A DNA stretch of 61,333 nucleotides, the filler included. It is 7 parts of 7 records of this genome, joined end to end, with 100 filler letters (N's around TTAATTAATTAA, not from the genome) between each part and the next. Parts side by side here need not be neighbours in the genome. Positions count along the whole stretch, not along the records: positions 19,363 to 27,756 come from SRR31147125_16358; positions 27,857 to 34,229 come from SRR31147125_16371; 5 more parts are not named here. One strand, written 5' to 3'. The translations under genes were made by a program, and so were the position numbers. The notes beneath the pieces were generated by a model that saw only the letters and a list, made by a program, of their open reading frames with translations, searched no databases and was not told the origin of the DNA. Positions 20,041 to 30,420 of this stretch are shown in pieces. Numbering within the stretch: the first letter of the stretch is position 1; every line of letters starts with the position of its first letter.

Positions 20041-21138
20041 ATGAAAAAGATTATTGCAGTCGTATTATGTTTAATGTTGGTATTTGCTTTTGCAGCTTGT
20101 GGTTCACAAGAAATAGCAGATGATGGACTTGTTACAGAAGAAAAAGCAGAAGAAAAAGCAGAAGAAAAAGTAGAAGAATCTGGTGATGAACTTATTACAG
20201 TTGGATTTGCTCAAGTAGGTCATGAATCTGATTGGCGTATGGCTTCTACTAACTCTGCACAAGAAGCACTATCAGAAGAAAACGGATTTGATCTATCATT
20301 TGTAGATTGTGACAATGATTCAGCTGCACAGCTTGAAGCTGTTCGTCAGTTTATCCAAGATGATGTTGATTACATTGTTGTAGCTCCAATCGTTTCTACA
20401 GGCTGGGATACAGTTTTATCAGAAGCTGAAGATGCAGGTATACCTGTTATAGTACTTGACCGTACAGTTGATGATTCTGACAAATATGCAACATGGATTG
20501 GATCAGAGTTTATGAACGAAGGTCTTGCTGCTGGTGCTTGGTTAAAAGATTATGCTGAACTAAAAGGTATTTCTGATCTAAACATACTTGTTATCCAAGG
20601 AACAATCGGAGCTTCTGCTGAGATTGGTCGTACTGGTGGTTTTAAACAGTATGCGGATGAAAATGGCTGGAACATAATTGATTCTCAAACTGGTGATTTC
20701 ACTCAAGAGGGTGGTATGAAAGTTATGGAATCTTACTGTAAGAGTTATGAAGGACAATTTAATGTAGTAGTTTGCCAAAACGATAACGAAGCTTATGGCG
20801 CTATGGATGCTATGGATGCTGCTGGTGTATCTTACGGTGTTGATAAAGATGTTATCTTGATCTCTTGGGATGCATGTAAAGCTGCTCTTCAATATGTAAC
20901 TGAAGGAAAAATTAATGCTGACTTCTGTTGTTATCCACTACAAGGACCAACACTTGCAGAAACTATTAAAAAGCTTGATGCTGGAGAAGAAGTTGCTGAC
21001 AAAACATTTATGATTGAGCCTTGGTATGTAGCAGAAGATGTTCTTAAAACAATTACTTATGTAAACAGCATAGGCGAAGAAGTAACAGAAGATCTAATTC
21101 TTGTTACTGACGAAATCGTTGCTAACACACCATATTAA
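20041..21138 (+). CDS. Sugar ABC substrate-binding lipoprotein, YtfQ-like
   Basis: Lipobox FAAC; VGFAQVGHESDWR, GWDTVL.EA..AGIPV..LDR, QNDNEAYGA. Confidence 0.9.
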   Translation: MKKIIAVVLCLMLVFAFAACGSQEIADDGLVTEEKAEEKAEEKVEESGDELITVGFAQVGHESDWRMASTNSAQEALSEENGFDLSFVDCDNDSAAQLEAVRQFIQDDVDYIVVAPIVSTGWDTVLSEAEDAGIPVIVLDRTVDDSDKYATWIGSEFMNEGLAAGAWLKDYAELKGISDLNILVIQGTIGASAEIGRTGGFKQYADENGWNIIDSQTGDFTQEGGMKVMESYCKSYEGQFNVVVCQNDNEAYGAMDAMDAAGVSYGVDKDVILISWDACKAALQYVTEGKINADFCCYPLQGPTLAETIKKLDAGEEVADKTFMIEPWYVAEDVLKTITYVNSIGEEVTEDLILVTDEIVANTPY

Positions 21139-21176
21139 TAAATATTTACATTAACTAATATGTAAAACAATCAAAA

Positions 21177-21204
21177 TAAGGGAGGCAGAAGAATGCCTCC
21201 CTTA
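21177..21204 (+). terminator. Intercistronic hairpin after the binding-protein gene
   Basis: TAAGGGAGGCA-GAAGAA-TGCCTCCCTTA. Confidence 0.7.
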
Positions 21205-21263
21205 ATTTAACGAGATACTAAAATATTTTGGAATCGAATAAAATGATTCTAGGAGGAAATGAT

Positions 21264-22784
21264 ATGGCAGGGGAAATAATACTGACGCTTCGGGATATTG
21301 ATAAGTCATTTCCAGGAGTAATTGCATTGGATGGAGCACAGCTTACATTGCGTAAAGGTGAAATTCATGCACTAATGGGCGAAAATGGCGCTGGGAAATC
21401 GACACTAATCAAGTGCCTAACTGGTGTATATCAGCGTGATGGCGGTGAAATTTATATTGAAGGAAACAAAAATAATCTGTTTTTACATTCAACACAACAG
21501 GCACAGGAAACTGGCATTGTTTCAGTTTATCAAGAGGTAAACTTGTGCCCAAACTTGTCTGTGGCCGAAAACTTGTTTATTGGTAGAGAGCCAAAAACTA
21601 ACATTGGGTTTGTTGATTGGAAAGCAATGAACAAAATGGCTGAGAAAATAATAAGCGAACACCGGCTTGATATAGATGTAACAAAAGAACTTGGAAACTA
21701 TTCATTGGCGATTCAGCAACTTATAGCAATTGCCCGCGCTGTGGATATTGAAGCAAAAGTACTCATACTTGATGAACCAACTTCTTCTTTGGACGAGAAA
21801 GAGGTTGAAGACTTGTTTAGATTGATGAATAAATTGAAGGAAAAAGGTGTTGCAATACTTTTTGTTACACATTTTTTAGAGCAAGTATACGAGGTTGCTG
21901 ATAGAATTACTGTTCTTAGAAATGGAACATTTGTTGGAGAATATGAAACAGCGGAGCTTCCAAGAGTTAAGCTTGTGGCAGCTATGCTAGGAAAAGATTT
22001 GGATGATCTTGCATCCATTAAAAAGCATGAAACTGATTCTATAATAAGTGATAATGTGATTGTTGATGCACAAGGATTATCTCATAGTGGTAAGGTGTAT
22101 CCGTTTGATTTTACAATTAATGAAGGTGAAGTTGTAGGAATCGCAGGATTACTTGGCTCTGGTAGATCGGAGATGGTGCGCTGTATATATGGAGCAGATA
22201 AAAGCCAAACAGGAAAACTTGAGTTTAAGGGAAAAGGATTGAAGGTGAAAACTCCGCTTGATGCGATTAAAGCAGGAATGGGGTACTTACCTGACGATAG
22301 AAAAAATGATGGGTTGATTAGTGACCTTTCTGTAAGAGAAAATATCATTTTGGCACTCCAAACAAGAAACGGTTTTTTCAAAACACTTTCTCGTGAAAAA
22401 CAAGATAAATTAGCACATGAATTTATTGAATTACTAAATATCAAAACTGCCTCTAGTGAGACGATAGTCAGTCAACTTTCTGGTGGAAATCAACAAAAAG
22501 TTATTCTTGCAAGATGGCTATGTACAAAGCCTGATTTTTTGATTTTGGATGAACCTACCAGAGGTATTGATGTAGGTACAAAGACAGAATTTCAAAAATT
22601 AATTTTGAAATTTGCTGAAGAGGGAATGAGTATTGTGTTCATTTCATCAGAAATTGAAGAGATGTTACGTACTTGTAGCCGTATGTGTATTATGAGAGAC
22701 AGACAGAAAGTCAGCGAAATATCTGGGTTAATGACTCAGGAAAAAGTTATGGACGAAATAGCAGGGGGTGAATCGAATGCTTAA
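21264..22784 (+). CDS. Sugar ABC ATP-binding protein (two ABC domains), YtfR-like
   Basis: GENGAGKST, ILDEPT, LSGGNQQKV, DEPTRGIDVG; AGGAGG RBS. Confidence 0.95.
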   Translation: MAGEIILTLRDIDKSFPGVIALDGAQLTLRKGEIHALMGENGAGKSTLIKCLTGVYQRDGGEIYIEGNKNNLFLHSTQQAQETGIVSVYQEVNLCPNLSVAENLFIGREPKTNIGFVDWKAMNKMAEKIISEHRLDIDVTKELGNYSLAIQQLIAIARAVDIEAKVLILDEPTSSLDEKEVEDLFRLMNKLKEKGVAILFVTHFLEQVYEVADRITVLRNGTFVGEYETAELPRVKLVAAMLGKDLDDLASIKKHETDSIISDNVIVDAQGLSHSGKVYPFDFTINEGEVVGIAGLLGSGRSEMVRCIYGADKSQTGKLEFKGKGLKVKTPLDAIKAGMGYLPDDRKNDGLISDLSVRENIILALQTRNGFFKTLSREKQDKLAHEFIELLNIKTASSETIVSQLSGGNQQKVILARWLCTKPDFLILDEPTRGIDVGTKTEFQKLILKFAEEGMSIVFISSEIEEMLRTCSRMCIMRDRQKVSEISGLMTQEKVMDEIAGGESNA

Positions 22785-23892
22785 TTCAGTTAGAAAGGTA
22801 ACAAATCACAAGCTGTTTTTATCTTCGTTTTGTCTTGTGTTGGTTTTGCTAGTAAATTTAATCAAAAGCCCGGATTTTTTTAATATTTCCATCAATAATG
22901 GTGTATTGTTTGGACGATTGATTGATATATTGAACCGTGGTAGTGAAATAGCAATTTTAGCAGTAGGAATGACTTTAGTTTTTGCTGCAGCTAAGGGACC
23001 AGACATCTCTGTTGGTTCTGTTATGAGCTTATCTGGTTGCTTTGCTTGTATGTTGCTTGCTGGCTTTGGAGTGAAAACCACTACAGAGCTTCAAATGCCT
23101 ATGGTTTTTGGAATATTGGGCGGTGTTTTAATCGGTGGAGTTGCTGGTGCTTTTAATGGGGTCTTGGTTTCGAAACTCAAAATTCAATCGATGATTGCGA
23201 CGCTTATTCTATTTACTGCTGGTCGTGCAGTAAGCTTGCTTGTAACGAACAATATGCTTATCTATATACGCTACGAACCATATAAATACTTAGGAAACTT
23301 TATGAAAATTGGAGACTGGATGTGTCCTATTCCTACTCCTGTTTTTGTTACTATATTTGTGGTTGCGATTGCTGCTATTATCCTAAAAAAGACAACCTTA
23401 GGGCTGTATGTGCAGTCTGTTGGAATAAACTCAAGAGCATCAAGGTTACTGGGTATAAAGTCTAGCAGAATAATTTTTGCATGCTTTGTTATTTCTGGAC
23501 TATGCGCAGGGGTTGCTGGCGTTATAAGCTCTTCAAGGATATATTCTGCAGACCCAAATAACATTGGTCTTAACTACGAATTAGATGCAATTTTGGCAGT
23601 AGCACTTGGTGGCAACAGTCTTGGCGGAGGTAAATTTAATTTGGCAGGCTCTATACTTGGTGCATATACTATTCAGGCAATAACTGTAACGCTTCTTGCT
23701 ATGGGTGTTTCGGCTATTCAAGCACCAGTTATTAAAGCAATAATTGTTATTGCAATTGTTGCCGTGCAATCTCCTGTTTTTAAGGAATGGATAAAAGGAT
23801 TAAAGAAGGGCAGTAAATTGGATAAAAACTCGGATGAAGGTAAAGTTGATGAATCTGAGCAAGCTGTAAGCAAAGGAGATGAAATATTATGA
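22777..23892 (+). CDS. Sugar ABC permease, YtfT-like
   Basis: DISVGS, ELDAILAVALGG.SL.GG. Confidence 0.9.
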   Translation: MLNSVRKVTNHKLFLSSFCLVLVLLVNLIKSPDFFNISINNGVLFGRLIDILNRGSEIAILAVGMTLVFAAAKGPDISVGSVMSLSGCFACMLLAGFGVKTTTELQMPMVFGILGGVLIGGVAGAFNGVLVSKLKIQSMIATLILFTAGRAVSLLVTNNMLIYIRYEPYKYLGNFMKIGDWMCPIPTPVFVTIFVVAIAAIILKKTTLGLYVQSVGINSRASRLLGIKSSRIIFACFVISGLCAGVAGVISSSRIYSADPNNIGLNYELDAILAVALGGNSLGGGKFNLAGSILGAYTIQAITVTLLAMGVSAIQAPVIKAIIVIAIVAVQSPVFKEWIKGLKKGSKLDKNSDEGKVDESEQAVSKGDEIL

Positions 23893-24925
23893 GGAGAAAA
23901 AGATAAACAGTAATACGATAATGGTGATTGTTACTATATTATTATTTGTTATCATGTATTTCATTGGATGTATGATATATCAGGACAAAGGTTTTGGTAA
24001 ATTCCAAACATTTTTGAATGTTTTAATCAATAACTCTGGATTATTCTGTATTGTTTGTGGAATGACATGCGTTATGCTTACTGGCGGTATAGATATTTCA
24101 GTTGGGTCACTTGTTGCGATGGATTGTATGTTGCTTGCCGCTGGAATGGATGCTGGATATAATGCTATTTTCATGTTGTTTGTTGTTTTAGTGATTGGTG
24201 TTGTGTTTGGGTTAACGCAAGGGTTCTTTATTAGCTATATGAATATTCAACCGTTTATAATAACGATGGCAGGATTGTTTTTTGCAAGAGGTATGACTGC
24301 AGTTATCAGTACAGACCAACTTTCTATAACGGAAGCAGATAATGCATTGTTTTATAGTTGGGCAAACTTTAAGATTCATTTTCCTGAATTTTTGGGGTAT
24401 GTTAATAAAAGAGGCGTTACTATGGTGCCGTTTATTTACCCTCATGTAATTATCGCTTGTTTATGTGTTGTTGCAACTTTTATTATGTTAAGATACACAA
24501 AATTTGGACGTGGACTATATGCGATTGGCGGTAACGAAACATCTGCAAAAATGATGGGTTTAAAAGTAAAACAAATAAAGCTAAAAGCTTATGTGTTATC
24601 TTCGGTGATTTGTACGATCGGTGGTATATGCTATTGCATGAACACTATGGCAGGATCAGTCCAACAAGCAAAAGGTCTTGAGATGCAGGCTATTGCTGCT
24701 GCTGTTGTTGGAGGTACTCTTTTAACAGGTGGTGTTGGTAATGTAATTGGATCATTTTTTGGTGTTTTAATTATAGGTACAATTACTACACTTATCAATA
24801 CAAATGGTAAACTGTCTTCCGGATGGTCGGACGTTGCGGTAGCATCACTTTTATGTGTATTTATTGTACTGCAAGCAATTTTTGCCGTGGTTAGGGAGAG
24901 AGCGAGTATGAAGAGCGTTAGCTAA
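23879..24925 (+). CDS. Sugar ABC permease, YjfF-like
   Basis: GGIDISVGS, QPFIIT, GRGLYAIGGN, AIAAAVVGGTLLTGG. Confidence 0.9.
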   Translation: MKYYEEKKINSNTIMVIVTILLFVIMYFIGCMIYQDKGFGKFQTFLNVLINNSGLFCIVCGMTCVMLTGGIDISVGSLVAMDCMLLAAGMDAGYNAIFMLFVVLVIGVVFGLTQGFFISYMNIQPFIITMAGLFFARGMTAVISTDQLSITEADNALFYSWANFKIHFPEFLGYVNKRGVTMVPFIYPHVIIACLCVVATFIMLRYTKFGRGLYAIGGNETSAKMMGLKVKQIKLKAYVLSSVICTIGGICYCMNTMAGSVQQAKGLEMQAIAAAVVGGTLLTGGVGNVIGSFFGVLIIGTITTLINTNGKLSSGWSDVAVASLLCVFIVLQAIFAVVRERASMKSVS

Positions 24926-24961
24926 AAAAGGCTTTAATGCTAAAAAATAATATTAGCAATT

Positions 24962-24996
24962 AAGATCTCTAAACAAGTTGTTTGGAGGTCTTTTTT
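24962..24996 (+). terminator. Probable terminator of the ABC operon
   Basis: AAGATCTCTAAAC..GTTTGGAGGTCTT stem with G-U pairs, followed by a T tract. Confidence 0.6.
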
Positions 24997-25341
24997 GCTT
25001 ATAAAATAAATTTACTACAACTAACCCTTGATATAAAAAAGGCGTTAAGTAGCTTAGTTTGAGGTTAAAACATAATATTCAACATATGAAATTCCATATA
25101 TTAGGAAATGCGCATTGTAATAAAAATGTAATTATTGACTATTTATAGTTGGTAGGGATGTGTGTTATGTTTATGGAATATATGGTGTGTAATATAGACA
25201 AGTATATAAAATCAAGTAACATTGTTACTGAACAAAAATGGAATGGGTATTAATATAAAAGCAAATATAAATTCCATAATATAATAAAGTTATGTTAAGC
25301 TGATTATATAAAATTAATAACTAAAAATGTGAGGTGTTACT

Positions 25342-26247
25342 ATGCAAATAGGAATTATTGGATTAGGAAAAATGGGCTTTAATTTGGCTTTGAACCTTAG
25401 AGATAATGGGCACGATGTAGTTGGTTTAGATAGGGATAAAGAAAAAGTGGACGCACTTATTTCTGAAAGCGCGCAAGGCGTATATAACGAACAAGAATTG
25501 GTAGATAAATTGACGGGTAGAAGAATTGTATGGTTGATGGTTCAAGCGGGTAAGGTAACTCAAGGTGTTATTGATGACATTATTCCGCTTTTAAATAAAG
25601 GTGATATTATTATTGATGGTGGAAATTCTAACTTTAATGATACCTTGGCTAGATATGAAAAAATTAAGGAAGCTGGAATTGATTTTGTTGATGCTGGTAC
25701 AAGCGGAGGCATGGAAGGCGCAAGAAACGGAGCATGCTCTATGGTTGGTGCAGAAGATGAAGTTTTTGAATATATTGAACCAATATTTAAAGACATCTGT
25801 GTTGAAAATGGATATTTACATTGCGGACGAGTAGGATCTGGTCACTATACAAAAATGGTGCATAACGGCGTAGAATACGGAATGATGCAGGCTATTGGGG
25901 AAGGCTTTGAGATACTTAAGGAAAGTCAGTTTGACTTGGACTATGAGCAGGTAGCAAGAGTATGGAACAACGGTTCGGTAATTAGAAGTTGGCTTATGGA
26001 GCTTACACAAAAAGCATTTAGTGAAAGCAGCGATTTGCAAGAGATTAAAGGAATGATTGGATCAAACGGTGAAGGTCTTTGGACGGTGGAAGAAGCTTTG
26101 AAACTCTCTGTGCCTATCCCAGCTATTGCAAGCAGTTTATTTGTAAGAAACAGATCTATGCAAGATGAAAGCTTTTCTGCAAAAGTTGTTGCATCGCTTA
26201 GAAACCAATTTGGCGGACATGGAGTTAAAAGAAGTAGACGATTTTAG
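25342..26247 (+). CDS. gnd: 6-phosphogluconate dehydrogenase, decarboxylating (short YqeC type)
   Basis: IGLGKMG, IDGGNS, DAGTSGG, KMVHNGVEYGMMQ, LRNQFGGH. Confidence 0.95.
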   Translation: MQIGIIGLGKMGFNLALNLRDNGHDVVGLDRDKEKVDALISESAQGVYNEQELVDKLTGRRIVWLMVQAGKVTQGVIDDIIPLLNKGDIIIDGGNSNFNDTLARYEKIKEAGIDFVDAGTSGGMEGARNGACSMVGAEDEVFEYIEPIFKDICVENGYLHCGRVGSGHYTKMVHNGVEYGMMQAIGEGFEILKESQFDLDYEQVARVWNNGSVIRSWLMELTQKAFSESSDLQEIKGMIGSNGEGLWTVEEALKLSVPIPAIASSLFVRNRSMQDESFSAKVVASLRNQFGGHGVKRSRRF

Positions 26248-26266
26248 TTTTAAAGGAGCAAAGCAA

Positions 26267-27745
26267 ATGATTGAAAAAATAAGCAATGGGCTGATAATTT
26301 TTGGCGGAACTGGGGACTTGACAAAGAGAAAACTGATGCCCGCTATTTATAACTTGTTGGAGGAAGATATCCTTCCTGAAGATTTTTTTGTTGTTGCAGT
26401 AGGAAGAAGAAGCATTACAAGAGAAGAGTATATTTCGCAAATTGAAAAAGCGGTTAAATCTCACTCGCGCAACAAAATTGATGAGGATAAGCTTTCTAAG
26501 ATAAAAGACCTTATATACTACTTTAATATGGATTTTACAGATGTAAAAGAGTATTTGAAGTTAAATGAATACGTAAAGAAACTGGAACAAAAGTACAATA
26601 CAAAAGGCAATCTTATATATTATCTTGCAGTTAGCCCAGAATTCTTCGGAGTTATCGCAGATAATTTACATGAAAGTGGCTTGGCTGATCAGACTCAAGG
26701 TTATAAAAGGGTTATGATAGAAAAACCTTTTGGAAGCAATCTGGATACTGCAAAACAGTTGAACCAAAAGATTGCAAGAACTTTTGGAGAAAAAAACACA
26801 TATAGGATAGACCATTATCTTGGCAAAGAAATGCTGCAAAATATAATGGTAATTAGATTTGGAAACATGATATTTGAGCCTATTTGGAATTCGAAATATA
26901 TTGATCATGTCCAAATAACATCTTCGGAAAAACTTGGGGTTTCGGATAGAGCTGGATACTACGAAAACGCTGGGGCGCTAAAGGACATGCTTCAAAACCA
27001 TCTATTGCAGTTTTTAGCGATTACAGCTATGGAGTCACCTAAAAATCTTGATGCTATGTCGGTTATTGACAAAAAGGTGGAAGTGTTTAAAAACATTAGT
27101 ATTTTTGATGAAAACGATATTGACAGCAATGTTATTAGGGGACAGTATGGTGAAAACCCTGATAAAAGTTTAGTTGGGTATCGAGAAGAAAAAAATACAG
27201 ATGAACTTTCGGAAACAGAAACATTTGTTGCAATTAAAGCAAAAATTGATAGCGAAAGGTGGAAAGGTGTTCCGTTCTACATTAGAACTGGAAAGCGAAT
27301 GGAATCTAATTGTGTCAATGTGATTATTCAATTTAAATGTAGCTATAGCAATTTGTATTTTGATAAGTCAGAGAGCGTCTTACCAAATCAACTTATAATT
27401 CGCATACAACCGGAAGAGGGTGTTTATGTAAGGTTTAATGCAAAAAAACCTGGACAAAGCACGCATGTTACACCAATTCAAATGGATTTTTGTCAAAATT
27501 GTCAGATAGGATACAATAGCCCAGAAGCTTACGAACGCCTATTGTTTGAAGCTATGAAAGGCGAGAAAACGCTTTTTACTAGATGGGATGAGGTGGAGTA
27601 TTCGTGGAAGTTTATTGAAACTATACAGAAATCTTGGGCAAATGAAAAGCCTAATTTTCCAAATTACTCCGCAGGGACTAATGGACCTAAAGAAAGTTTT
27701 GAACTAATAGAAAAAGACGGCAGAGAGTGGGTAAACCCTAAATAG
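26267..27745 (+). CDS. zwf: Glucose-6-phosphate 1-dehydrogenase
   Basis: FGGTGDL, EKPFG, RIDHYLGKE, DMLQNH, GVPFYIRTGKR; AAGGAG RBS before ATG 26267. Confidence 0.97.
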   Translation: MIEKISNGLIIFGGTGDLTKRKLMPAIYNLLEEDILPEDFFVVAVGRRSITREEYISQIEKAVKSHSRNKIDEDKLSKIKDLIYYFNMDFTDVKEYLKLNEYVKKLEQKYNTKGNLIYYLAVSPEFFGVIADNLHESGLADQTQGYKRVMIEKPFGSNLDTAKQLNQKIARTFGEKNTYRIDHYLGKEMLQNIMVIRFGNMIFEPIWNSKYIDHVQITSSEKLGVSDRAGYYENAGALKDMLQNHLLQFLAITAMESPKNLDAMSVIDKKVEVFKNISIFDENDIDSNVIRGQYGENPDKSLVGYREEKNTDELSETETFVAIKAKIDSERWKGVPFYIRTGKRMESNCVNVIIQFKCSYSNLYFDKSESVLPNQLIIRIQPEEGVYVRFNAKKPGQSTHVTPIQMDFCQNCQIGYNSPEAYERLLFEAMKGEKTLFTRWDEVEYSWKFIETIQKSWANEKPNFPNYSAGTNGPKESFELIEKDGREWVNPK

Positions 27746-27756
27746 ATTACAAAAAA

Positions 27757-27856
27757 NNNNNNNNNNNNNNNNNNNNNNNNNNNNNNNNNNNNNNNNNNNN
27801 TTAATTAATTAANNNNNNNNNNNNNNNNNNNNNNNNNNNNNNNNNNNNNNNNNNNN
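27757..27856. other. Artificial contig spacer
   Basis: N44-TTAATTAATTAA-N44. Confidence 0.98.
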
Positions 27857-28453
27857 GCAGATCCAGGCCGGGTTGTTGGGGTTGGAATACATGATGGCCC
27901 CGATATCCCCTTTTTCAAGATAGGATTTAAGCTTGGGCCCAAGCTTTTCCCCCCGGAACTCATAGACGTCAAATTGTTCAAACCCAACGCCCAATACCCT
28001 GGCCTGGTTCTTGTTCACAGGAAATCCCGGATCAATAAAAAGGATTTTATTTTTTCCCTTGATCCGCCGGGTGGTGCACATCATGGCCATGTAGCAGCCC
28101 TGCATGGATCCCACCGTGGGGAAGCAGGAAACAGGATTGATGTTTTGGTCCATGTAGTTTTTCACAAAGGCTGAGATTTCCTGCTTGAGCTCCGGGATCC
28201 CGTCAAAGGGCGGGTATTTGGAACCCACGCCTTTTTTCAGGGCTTCAATCTCCGCATCCACAGCGATTTTTGGCGGTTCAAGGCCCGGAATGCCCATTTC
28301 CATGCGGATGAATTTCTGGCCTGAAGCGGCCTCGATATTGTTCACAATCCGGTTCAGTTCCCGGATGGACGCCAGGCCCACCGAGGGCAGGCCCATGGCA
28401 CGTATTTCCTCTTTGACGATACCCATATCAATGGGGGGATGGAAGCTTGGCAT
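27857..28453 (-). CDS. PLP-dependent class I/II aminotransferase, 3' truncated
   Basis: MEMGIPG, YPPFDGIPELK, DPGFP, YSNPNNP; AGGAGG RBS. Confidence 0.88.
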
Positions 28454-28683
28454 ATATTCCTCCTAATTTGATTCGCAATTTACTCAGCGGATAGTAGGGG
28501 GAAACCTTCGGTTTTTCAAGGGTTATCTGTCCCGGCCCCTGTATGGGGTATTGGGATGTTGGGCAGGTTCGCCAGTTTTTTATGAATATAACAAACAATT
28601 TTAGCTTTACAAAACCCTTCGTTTTTCCTATCTAACAGGCAAATGGGGCAGACATATTTGGAGTACCTGAAAGCAGAATGCAG

Positions 28684-29142
28684 ATGGATGAAAAAAAAAT
28701 CACCATGGCCTATCAAGGGTTTTACCAGGAAATTTACAGATTTTTTCGAAAGCAGAGGCTGACACCCCAGGAGGCAGAGGACGGGGTGCAGGAAACCTTT
28801 ACCAGATATATCAATGCCGGAGCCCCGCCCCTAAGATCCCCCAAGGCCTATCTTTTTTCCATTGCCCGCAATTTTTGGTATGAAACCCTGAAAAAAAGCT
28901 CCCAGAGGCCAATTGCAGCGCTGAACCGGTTCCCCAGCCGGACAGGGTCCTGGAAATGAAGCAGAAACAAAAGGCCCTGGAAAAGATTTTGGCAGACCTG
29001 CCCCCGTGCCAGACAGGTCTTTATCCTCCACAGGACCCAAAACCTCACCTACCAGGATATTGCGGACCAACTGGGCATCTCGGTGAAGACCGTGGAAAAC
29101 CACCTGGCCGGGGCCTTATTTCAGATCAGAAAAAAATTATAA
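28684..29142 (+). CDS. FecI-like ECF sigma factor, split by two frameshifts
   Basis: Region 2 AEDGVQETF..AYLFSIARN; manual third frame ARQVFILHR..LTYQDIADQLGISVKTVENHL..AL. Breaks near A7 (28891) and C5 (29001). Confidence 0.85.
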
Positions 29143-29245
29143 TTTTTTATAGGGGTAAAATCGCAAAAATCCCTCTTAAAAGATATCAGGTCGATTATGC
29201 CCGCCCTTCGGGGCCGGGACCGGCGCCCTTGGATAAGGAATGGAT

Positions 29246-30269
29246 ATGGAAAAAAGACCGGACACCAATATTCAGGAACAGCATGTGAAAATGGCCGCCC
29301 TATGGTTTGCCAGGCTGAGGGCCCCGGATCTTTCCGCTGGGGAAAAGGCCCGATTCAAGGCCTGGCTGGAATCAGACCCGGCCTGCCGCCTGGCCTACAG
29401 GGGCATGGAAAAGACCTGGGAAGAGACCGGTATCCTTTGGCCCCGGCAAAAGAAGGGGATAAAAAGAGGTCGATCTCCCTGACGGATAAGGTGAAGGGGT
29501 TTTTGCGCCCTGCCAGGTCTCTGGTTTCCCCCGTGGGGATACTGGCCTTTTGTCTGGCCCTTTTTTCCATGGCCATTGTCAAGGCCCCGGATATCCGGCA
29601 CTGGTACCAGGGAAGTCCCCAGGTTTTTGTGACGGCAAACACCGAGCATAAAACCCTTGAACTGGAAGACGGGACCCGGGTTGAGATGAATGCCGGCACC
29701 CGCATCATCATAAAAATGGGCCGGGGCGCAAGACGGGTCAGCCTGGAAAGGGGAGAGGCCTTTTTCCGGGTCGCCCCCAAGGCCGGCAAAAAATTTGAGG
29801 TAGAGGCCGGCCGGGGCAGGGTGATTGTTCTGGGCACCCGGTTTAACGTTAAAAAACGGAACGGGCATGTTGCCGTTGATGTCCAGGAGGGCCGGGTCAG
29901 GGTCCGGACGGCCCCGGACAGGGACATATCCGCCCCGGGCCTGGCCGTGATTCAAAGGGGCCAGGGCGTGGATTACAGGGTGTCAGGACATATGGACCCT
30001 GTGAGGCCGTCCAGGACAGACCAGGTCAATGCCTGGCGGAACAATAGGATCTTTTTTTCCGCCACCCCCTCTGGCAGGTGGCCGGGATCATGGAGCGCCA
30101 GTTTGATATCCGCCTGGTCTTTCCCGGCCCCATGCTCAGGACAGAGCAGTTCACCGGCACCTTTGGGCGGGATGACCCAAACGCCATACTTGAGGTGCTG
30201 GCCACGGCCTTTTCAATGGAGCTGAATTTTGAAGACCTGAAAACCGCAGTTTTCACAGACAGAAAATAA
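29246..30269 (+). CDS. FecR-like anti-sigma factor, split by two frameshifts
   Basis: AALWFARL..F.AWL..DP..R.AY; LEDGTRV.MNAGT; LERGEAFF.V; VLGTRFNV; AWR...FTGTF. Breaks near 29440 and C5 at 30065. Confidence 0.88.
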
Positions 30270-30420
30270 AAAAAGGACAACTCTTATCTCCTGCCAGGGA
30301 CCCAGAGCTGCCCTTTTTACCAGGAGGAACAGGATGGCCTGTTCCGCCCCTTTGTTCTTTTCATATAACAGAACAGGGGGGCACGTCAATTTCATGTTAA
30401 ATGAGGAGAAGACCTATACC

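Noticed and set aside
20137-20178. GAAGAAAAAG(C/T)A tandem repeats
   Set aside because: Encode the EEKA-EEKA-EEKV lipoprotein linker; ordinary low-complexity tether.
26165-26266. N-terminal extension of zwf overlapping gnd
   Set aside because: AAGGAG RBS and family alignment support ATG 26267; the extension is an ORF-caller artefact.
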